A DNA stretch of 64,000 nt. Source: Tubiluchus corallicola (Eukaryota; Animalia; Priapulida). The translations under genes were made by a program, and so were the position numbers. Of this stretch, positions 62,101 through 64,000 are shown one piece after another (positions within the stretch are counted from its first letter, which is position 1; each line of letters begins with the position of its first letter). Under the pieces are notes generated by a model. That model was not told the origin of the DNA. It did not search any database and saw nothing but the letters and a program-made list of their open reading frames with translations. The DNA lies in NCBI GenBank assembly GCA_030141605.1, contig JAQGDQ010000465.1, forward strand, positions 1-64,000, written 5' to 3'.

Positions 62101-62909
62101 GATAATTCGTGTGCATTTGCAATTTCATGACAAATTAGACTTAGACTTTTTGGATTCGTTGAGTTTTAGCTGAGTTTAAAACACAAAAAATGCTATTATG
62201 ATAAGCCTTTCTAATGCATGTAAACATGATTATTGATGAGAGTACTTTCGTTATACATTAGTTTTATCTTTGTAAAACTTCATCAGAATGAACCATTGTT
62301 CTTTTTCTTCATAATGTTTTGTTTCAAGAGTTTTTAATCATCGTAGTAAGCTGAACTTACCTTTTGGGCTTCCGTGTGAGTCATTGAAAAATAAAACTAG
62401 TAACGACCACAGAATTATCCGCTTCTCTAGACTAGTAATGCCCATTCTTAAACTGTCTGCTCAGTACTCGGTAAGTGTTTTGGTAGGTGCATTTAATGTG
62501 CTGCCTAGGACTTTTCGGTACGAATCATGAACTTGCCCGATTTATACGTAATAGCTAAGCAGTTGTGTTTTGTCATAAACTTTTGATGAATTTCCATGGT
62601 TTTGGAAGACTTTCTGCTGATGTGTTACGATTGCTTCCATTTATTTCATCAATATTTTATTTTTCAGAAGTGAAGCACTTACTGACGTTACTATGTGCAG
62701 ACTAACGGCCATTTATTTCATTGATTTTTATTTCTCAAATGTTAAGCACTTCCTGGTGTTATTATGCACAGACTAGCACCCTAATGAAATTTCATTAACC
62801 CTTTTCTTAATCTCGTTGTAGGGTTGTTACGTGCCAGCAGAGAGTTGTGCGCTTACCCCCGTAGATCGAATATTCACTCGGTTAGGAGCAACAGATCATA
62901 TCATGTCAG
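1051..62909 (+). CDS. MSH6: DNA mismatch repair protein MSH6 (MutS homolog 6), 30 coding exons in window, 3'-incomplete
   Basis: Spliced exons give [15 protein letters not shown] (PIP-box-like), PWWP ([13 protein letters not shown]), basic/acidic linker, [83 protein letters not shown] and [17 protein letters not shown]. Exon lengths sum to 3598 nt with matching phase at all 29 junctions. Confidence 0.97.
2022..2196 (+). CDS. MSH6: MSH6 exon 2 (PWWP domain)
   Basis: tag|[26 protein letters not shown]...GWVSS AA|gtgagc. Confidence 0.95.
3010..3063 (+). other. Duplicated 5' part of MSH6 exon 3; potential extra 54-nt in-frame exon
   Basis: About 121-bp tandem duplication 2943-3064 / 3065-3184 copies the acceptor and first 18 codons. 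The junction creates an AA|gtaggt donor. Exon is phase 2-2 with a 66-nt downstream intron. Confidence 0.5.
3130..3323 (+). CDS. MSH6: MSH6 exon 3 (end of PWWP)
   Basis: ccag|[22 protein letters not shown]...[12 protein letters not shown]|gtaatg. Confidence 0.9.
3845..4361 (-). mobile_element. 3' end of a truncated LINE (same C-terminal type as the 31.7-32.5 kb element)
   Basis: Minus [35 protein letters not shown] resembles the LINE ORF2 C-terminus; it ends in AATAAA plus an (AAATC)n tail at 3845-3875. Confidence 0.7.
4557..4976. mobile_element. MITE with ggggcgtat termini (second copy 28937-29864)
   Basis: ggggcgtat ... atacgcccc; collinear with the 28937-29864 copy. Confidence 0.65.
5106..5191 (+). 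CDS. MSH6: MSH6 exon 4 (disordered linker)
   Basis: ttcag|[15 protein letters not shown]...NTE|gtaaaa; phase fits. Confidence 0.75.
6717..7683. mobile_element. pogo/Tigger-like MITE, family A copy 1
   Basis: TIR cagtagtcgccgcttaatagac / gtctattaagcggcgactactg, flanked by TA. Confidence 0.88.
7738..7843 (+). CDS. MSH6: MSH6 exon 5 (basic NLS-like)
   Basis: ttttcag|[36 protein letters not shown]|gtaagt. Confidence 0.85.
8028..8140 (+). CDS. MSH6: MSH6 exon 6
   Basis: tgcag|[17 protein letters not shown]...LPEK|gtttgt. Confidence 0.85.
8403..9176. mobile_element. Non-autonomous element with gtaggac/gtcctac subterminal repeats (inverted copy 63025-63902)
   Basis: Both ends and interior match 63025-63902 in reverse complement. 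Confidence 0.7.
9338..10082. mobile_element. hAT (Charlie-like) non-autonomous element
   Basis: Perfect 8-bp TSD TTCTAGAG (9330-9337, 10083-10090); TIR caagggttctcaacc / ggttgggaaccactg. Confidence 0.88.
10106..10273 (+). CDS. MSH6: MSH6 exon 7
   Basis: tgcag|IKKRKRRP...[12 protein letters not shown]|gtaatt. Confidence 0.85.
10362..10747. mobile_element. MITE with aagccttttcacagt TIR (further copies about 28078-28497 and 35663-36366)
   Basis: Terminal inverted repeat plus shared interior in three copies. Confidence 0.7.
11344..11426 (+). CDS. MSH6: MSH6 exon 8
   Basis: gaag|SPAASPG...[16 protein letters not shown]|gtaagg. Confidence 0.85.
11637..12043 (+). mobile_element. Solo LTR-like element (related, more diverged)
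   Basis: TG..CA ends, TSD atatt/gtatt. Confidence 0.65.
13342..13429 (+). CDS. MSH6: MSH6 exon 9
   Basis: tgtag|[30 protein letters not shown]|gtaagc. Confidence 0.93.
14310..14480 (-). CDS. Serine protease exon 7 (catalytic Ser, stop)
   Basis: [28 protein letters not shown]...[17 protein letters not shown]. Confidence 0.94.
   Translation of the reverse strand, partial: GDSGGPLVQKKGAKHIQIGIVSWGAVPCIDNTHKPSAFARVAYYRSWIRRHQVQIL
14310..22747 (-). CDS. Secreted trypsin-family (S1A) serine protease, 7 exons, 281 aa, nested antisense in MSH6 intron 9
   Basis: Exons 22747-22657, 21900-21818, 20728-20640, 20494-20419, 18516-18330, 16714-16566, 14480-14310 total 846 nt with GT-AG junctions. Features: signal peptide [17 protein letters not shown], activation site R-IMYG, TAGHC (His), NDVAVL (Asp), ISGWG, DVCSGDSGGP (Ser), GIVSWG. 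Confidence 0.93.
15486..15690. mobile_element. Foldback MITE with taggttttacacgtcaaatgtagac TIR (longer copy 17771-18269)
   Basis: Long TIR and internal tcaaatgt subrepeats. Confidence 0.75.
16131..16523 (+). mobile_element. Solo LTR-like element
   Basis: TGTGAAAGT...ACTTCCACA ends, 5-bp TSD GTACA, internal AATAAA. Confidence 0.75.
16566..16714 (-). CDS. Serine protease exon 6
   Basis: [36 protein letters not shown]...KQDVCS|gtaagt. Confidence 0.92.
18330..18516 (-). CDS. Serine protease exon 5 (catalytic Asp)
   Basis: [38 protein letters not shown]...[11 protein letters not shown]|gtaaac. Confidence 0.93.
18937..19654. mobile_element. pogo/Tigger-like MITE, family A copy 2 (internally altered)
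   Basis: Same TIRs, opposite orientation to copy 1; central segment of about 180 bp differs. Confidence 0.82.
20419..20494 (-). CDS. Serine protease exon 4
   Basis: [25 protein letters not shown]|gtacgt. Confidence 0.85.
20640..20728 (-). CDS. Serine protease exon 3 (catalytic His)
   Basis: [31 protein letters not shown]|gtaaga. Confidence 0.93.
20745..21260. repeat. 85-bp minisatellite, about 6 copies
   Basis: ctttattctcagcc-like motif recurs at 20822, 20907, 20992, 21077, 21162, 21244. Confidence 0.88.
21818..21900 (-). CDS. Serine protease exon 2 (zymogen activation site)
   Basis: [28 protein letters not shown]|gtaaac. Confidence 0.88.
22657..22747 (-). CDS. Serine protease exon 1 (signal peptide)
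   Basis: [31 protein letters not shown]|gtaggg. Confidence 0.8.
24135..24194 (+). CDS. MSH6: MSH6 exon 10 (GC donor)
   Basis: tgtag|[20 protein letters not shown]|gcaggt. Confidence 0.92.
26029..26103 (+). CDS. MSH6: MSH6 exon 11 (Phe-X-Glu mismatch-binding motif)
   Basis: tgtag|[25 protein letters not shown]|gtaggt. Confidence 0.96.
26729..27179. repeat. 41-bp minisatellite, about 11 copies
   Basis: Unit taatattatactttgtagtatactgtagttgtacagtatac. Confidence 0.95.
27444..27579 (+). CDS. MSH6: MSH6 exon 12
   Basis: [46 protein letters not shown]|gtaagt. Confidence 0.96.
28680..28825 (+). CDS. MSH6: MSH6 exon 13
   Basis: [21 protein letters not shown]...YLLAIAEK|gtaggg. Confidence 0.95.
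28969..29462. mobile_element. hAT-like MITE copy 1, nested in another element
   Basis: TIR caggggtgtgcaaatt / aatttgcacacccctg; imperfect 8-bp TSD gcctaggc/ccctacgc. Confidence 0.82.
29893..30797. repeat. About 22-23-bp satellite with 130-bp higher-order repeat
   Basis: Unit tgtgatcttgtaacgacacacc(c); blocks starting 30001, 30131 and 30261 repeat. Confidence 0.95.
30843..31195 (+). mobile_element. Solo LTR-like element
   Basis: TG..CA ends, TSD GTTTG, collinear with 16131-16523. Confidence 0.72.
31700..32570 (+). mobile_element. 5'-truncated, degenerate non-LTR retrotransposon (CR1/L2-like RT remnant)
   Basis: ORF 31719-32255 has [24 protein letters not shown] and KYLGHIL. A frameshifted C-terminus runs to 32453, then AATAAA and an A/T-rich tail. 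Confidence 0.9.
32720..32794 (+). CDS. MSH6: MSH6 exon 14
   Basis: tacag|[25 protein letters not shown]|gtaagt. Confidence 0.95.
32943..33014 (+). CDS. MSH6: MSH6 exon 15
   Basis: ttcag|[24 protein letters not shown]|gtatcg. Confidence 0.95.
33127..33674 (-). mobile_element. 5S-headed SINE with bipartite RTE-LINE-derived body and short (CAA)n tail
   Basis: 5S head followed by a GC-rich body, then an RTE-like C-terminal remnant ([13 protein letters not shown]...[15 protein letters not shown]) and a caacaacaa tail. Confidence 0.7.
33557..33674 (-). pseudogene. 5S rRNA-derived sequence (head of a SINE3-type element)
   Basis: Reverse complement reads ..ccacgttgaaaacaccggttctcgtctgatc..gaagttaagcaacg..ggttagtacttggatgggtgaccgcctgggaataccaggtgctgtaagct, a near full-length metazoan 5S with several substitutions. 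Single copy; no oligo-T terminator. Confidence 0.88.
35122..35481. mobile_element. hAT-like MITE rich in TTCGAA motifs (second copy about 5363-5740)
   Basis: TIR taggggtgagc / gctcaccccta; TSD cctaacac/cctaatac. Confidence 0.78.
36397..36637 (+). CDS. MSH6: MSH6 exon 16
   Basis: ccag|VLHEKGSLS...[18 protein letters not shown]...HMLSS A|gtaggt. Confidence 0.92.
36765..37190. repeat. 26-bp minisatellite, about 16 copies
   Basis: Unit cagcaatattgtcggagagtaactca. Confidence 0.95.
37392..37461 (+). CDS. MSH6: MSH6 exon 17
   Basis: [25 protein letters not shown]|gtaagt. Confidence 0.92.
37885..38153 (-). mobile_element. tRNA-derived SINE with Meta-SINE-like central domain
   Basis: Reverse complement has A/B boxes (tagtctagtggt..gttcgaac), then ccgggtcatacgaaagactttaaaaatggtacctgctg, and ends aataaagattattatt. 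Confidence 0.75.
38928..39066 (+). CDS. MSH6: MSH6 exon 18
   Basis: [25 protein letters not shown]...RQHM|gtttgt. Confidence 0.93.
40153..40268. repeat. (ATT)n(ATC)n microsatellite
   Basis: Direct reading. Other simple repeats: (GTGC)n 2250-2306, (TA)n 3974-4018, (AAT)n 22118-22163, (AAT/AAC)n 49945-50025, (GAT)n 53088-53146. Confidence 0.95.
40286..40767. mobile_element. hAT-like MITE copy 2
   Basis: Same TIRs and interior as 28969-29462. Confidence 0.82.
41009..41117 (+). CDS. MSH6: MSH6 exon 19
   Basis: [37 protein letters not shown]|gtatat. Confidence 0.95.
41304..41761. mobile_element. piggyBac-like MITE copy 1
   Basis: ttaa|ccctttca ... tgaaaggg|ttaa. Confidence 0.85.
42436..42598 (+). 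CDS. MSH6: MSH6 exon 20
   Basis: [29 protein letters not shown]...[11 protein letters not shown]|gtaagt. Confidence 0.95.
43456..44709. mobile_element. pogo/Tigger-like non-autonomous element (degenerate TIRs)
   Basis: cagtaagtccttgattagtga ... tcgttaaatgaggagttactg|ta. Confidence 0.5.
44767..44847 (+). CDS. MSH6: MSH6 exon 21
   Basis: [29 protein letters not shown]|gtaagc. Confidence 0.94.
45088..45532. mobile_element. Tigger-like MITE
   Basis: ta|cagtgttccctc ... gagggaacactg|ta. Confidence 0.82.
45721..45798 (+). mobile_element. tRNA-like SINE head (related copy on - strand at about 3620-3700)
   Basis: tagcttagctggcag..gggttcaaatccc followed by aatttctcagtgtc, shared with the reverse complement of 3620-3700. 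Confidence 0.5.
45905..46185. repeat. Compound pentanucleotide microsatellite (ATATG/GTGAT/ACATG)n
   Basis: Direct reading. Confidence 0.95.
46257..46349 (+). CDS. MSH6: MSH6 exon 22
   Basis: [33 protein letters not shown]|gtaaga. Confidence 0.92.
48688..48772 (+). CDS. MSH6: MSH6 exon 23
   Basis: [28 protein letters not shown]|gtaggc. Confidence 0.9.
49046..49498. mobile_element. piggyBac-like MITE copy 2 (inverted relative to copy 1)
   Basis: ttaa|ccctttca ... tgaaaggg|ttaa; near-identical reverse complement of 41304-41761. Confidence 0.85.
49538..49592 (+). CDS. MSH6: MSH6 exon 24
   Basis: [19 protein letters not shown]|gtaact. Confidence 0.92.
50069..50489. mobile_element. MITE with tacactcg termini (inverted relative about 6050-6400, fragment about 59650-59710)
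   Basis: tacactcg ... cgagtgta; shared interior with 6050-6400 in reverse complement. Confidence 0.55.
50690..50790 (+). CDS. MSH6: MSH6 exon 25
   Basis: [34 protein letters not shown]|gtaagt. Confidence 0.92.
50952..51920. mobile_element. pogo/Tigger-like MITE, family A copy 3
   Basis: Same TIRs, TA flanks, full-length reverse complement of 6717-7683. Confidence 0.88.
53314..53543 (+). CDS. MSH6: MSH6 exon 26 (clamp domain)
   Basis: [17 protein letters not shown]...[11 protein letters not shown]...FHRFDE CA|gtatgt. Confidence 0.95.
54112..54495 (+). mobile_element. Solo LTR-like element, 3'-truncated
   Basis: Collinear with 16131-16523 up to aaaggattagtt. Confidence 0.7.
55297..55429 (+). 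CDS. MSH6: MSH6 exon 27
   Basis: [24 protein letters not shown]...[14 protein letters not shown]|gtaagt. Confidence 0.95.
56203..56301 (+). CDS. MSH6: MSH6 exon 28
   Basis: [33 protein letters not shown]|gtaagt. Confidence 0.94.
56480..56772. repeat. 38-39-bp minisatellite built from acctgat subunits, about 7.5 copies
   Basis: Unit acctgatgtaacctgatgatacctgataacctaatatt(t). Confidence 0.92.
56892..57772. repeat. 42-bp minisatellite, about 21 copies
   Basis: Unit acgcttgtgagttacttggtgagaaaacttgctagtctgaac. Confidence 0.96.
57918..58049 (+). CDS. MSH6: MSH6 exon 29 (Walker A P-loop)
   Basis: [29 protein letters not shown]|gtgagt. Confidence 0.96.
58026..58315 (+). repeat. 32-bp minisatellite made of the MSH6 exon 29 end and donor site, 9 copies
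   Basis: Unit aacattgtagttcttgctcagctg|gtgagtgt; first copy overlaps the exon. Confidence 0.95.
58622..58700 (+). mobile_element. tRNA-like SINE head
   Basis: A box tggcctagtg and B box ggttcaaatcc; degenerate cloverleaf. Confidence 0.5.
58919..59097. repeat. Perfect 48-bp inverted repeat with 83-nt spacer
   Basis: 58919-58966 is the exact reverse complement of 59050-59097. Confidence 0.92.
59248..59333 (-). CDS. Lectin last exon (PAN/Apple-like C-part, stop)
   Basis: ttacag|[28 protein letters not shown]; AATAAA about 50 nt downstream (tttatt near 59194). Confidence 0.7.
59248..62445 (-). CDS. Secreted C-type lectin domain + PAN/Apple-like domain protein (233-240 aa), nested antisense in MSH6 intron 29
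   Basis: Exons 62445-62361 (signal [20 protein letters not shown]..), 61990-61808 ([27 protein letters not shown]), 60938-60729 (VWTSG..WKW..WAPGEPS..MDD..TVCE), optional 60265-60245, 60146-60009 ([15 protein letters not shown]), 59333-59248 (SCRLV..*). All introns are phase-1 GT-AG. Confidence 0.85.
60009..60146 (-). CDS. Lectin exon (PAN/Apple-like N-part)
   Basis: [13 protein letters not shown]...[21 protein letters not shown]|gtaagc. Confidence 0.75.
60245..60265 (-). CDS. Possible 21-nt lectin micro-exon (VAHVFQP)
   Basis: ttttctag|TTGCACACGTCTTTCAACCAG|gtaagc; symmetric phase 1-1; lies within a dispersed repeat. Confidence 0.4.
60729..60938 (-). CDS. Lectin exon 3 (CTLD C-half)
   Basis: [52 protein letters not shown]|gtaaga. 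Confidence 0.9.
61128..61778. repeat. 125-bp tandem repeat, about 5.2 near-identical copies, in lectin intron 2
   Basis: ggaattatca recurs at 61131, 61256, 61381, 61506, 61631, 61756. Confidence 0.95.
61808..61990 (-). CDS. Lectin exon 2 (CTLD N-half)
   Basis: [56 protein letters not shown]. Confidence 0.9.
62361..62445 (-). CDS. Lectin exon 1 (signal peptide)
   Basis: [29 protein letters not shown]|gtaagt. Confidence 0.75.
62822..62909 (+). CDS. MSH6: MSH6 exon 30 (ATPase domain; gene continues beyond window)
   Basis: [30 protein letters not shown]|gtatac. Confidence 0.96.
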
Positions 62910-63369
62910 GTATACACCTTTTTTTTGCCTTTTATGGAATGTCTTCCAAGCCGTACCTGTTGGATTGCAGTTTATTTTAAGATGCTGCCAAATGAGAATT
63001 CCAAAAATGCTTTGTTGTCTCAGCTGTCGGGAGCGGAGTAGGACACTAGCCGAAGTAGGACAATTGCTATACATGGGCTGGGCCAAGTAGGACGCGTTGT
63101 GCAGGGGCTGCCCAACTAAAACACTAAAGACAGGTCATGAATTGTATTGTTAACTGTAGTGGCAGCATCTGATGTGTTTGTTTATTTAATAATAATAATT
63201 GAAACTATGAATAATTTATTATACATCAGATAAAGCACAAGAATCTTATTCGCAAAATGAGCAATATTAAATTTGGCTTCGAAATTAATCTTTTTGAAGT
63301 GAAATAAGCCCGCTTTTTAGGCAATTCCAACATCTCGGACAAAGAATTGTTTTTTACTAAATAAACTGT

Positions 63370-63721
63370 CTAGCGAGCCATGTGCCCTACATGGGCTAGC
63401 GAGCCATGTGCCCTACATGGGCTGGCGAGCTATGTGCGCTACATGGGCTGGCGAGCCATGTGCCCTACATGAGCTGGCGAGCCATGTGCCCTACATGAGC
63501 TGGCGAGCCATGTGCCCTACATGGGCTGGCGAGCTACGTGCCCTACATGGGCTGGCGAGCTACGTGCCCTACATGGGCTGGCGAGCTACGTGCCCTACAT
63601 GGGCTGGCGAGCTACGTGCCCTACATGGGCTGGCGAGCCATGTGCCCTACATGGGCTGGCGAGCTACGTGCCCTACATGGGCTGGCGAGCCATGTGCCCT
63701 ACGCAGGCTAGCGAGCCATGT
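63370..63721. repeat. 26-bp minisatellite inside a transposon copy, about 13.5 copies
   Basis: Unit ggcgagccatgtgccctacatgggct. Confidence 0.95.
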
Positions 63722-64000
63722 ACTGTCGCTTGGTATACAAGAGACTGAGCCATTTACCTCTCTATTACAATACTGTTTGGATTATTGAAATTAATTGTCT
63801 TTGCCTTTCCCTAAATGTTCAAAACTTGCTTTTTCGTGCTGTGAAGGCTTATTAGCATTTGTTTCATTTCTAAACTTGTGAGAGAAATTGCCAGTGCCCT
63901 ACCTGGGCTGCCAATGTAACATCTTTGAGTTTGTTTCCATGGTAACGTCCTTGAGTTTGTTTCCACGGCAACATCTTTGAGTTTGTTTCCACGGTAACGT

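Noticed and set aside
63408-63788. 126-aa repetitive ORF
   Set aside because: Translation of the 26-bp minisatellite.
1-64000. Link between abundant microsatellites and a defective MSH6
   Set aside because: MSH6 acts in trans and its reading frame and key motifs look intact; local repeat density says nothing about repair status.

Overview
AT-rich, intron-dense metazoan (invertebrate-like) genomic DNA. Almost the whole window is one + strand gene, the mismatch-repair gene MSH6. I reconstructed 30 coding exons by hand from ATG 1051 to 62909 (3598 nt, about 1199 aa, all junction phases consistent). They encode a PIP-like N-terminus, PWWP domain, GKFYE mismatch-binding motif and [10 protein letters not shown]-loop; the C-terminus lies beyond the window. 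Two complete secreted-protein genes are nested antisense in MSH6 introns: a 7-exon trypsin-family serine protease (22747-14310, intron 9) and a 5-6 exon C-type lectin plus PAN/Apple-like protein (62445-59248, intron 29). Introns contain pogo/Tigger-, hAT- and piggyBac-like MITEs, solo LTRs, truncated LINEs, tRNA-SINEs, a 5S-rRNA-headed bipartite RTE-type SINE and many minisatellites. The main oddities are a tandem duplication that creates a potential new in-frame MSH6 exon, a minisatellite built from an MSH6 exon/donor junction, a GC-AG intron and co-varying LINE 3' hairpins. No database searches were run; family assignments come from motif recognition.
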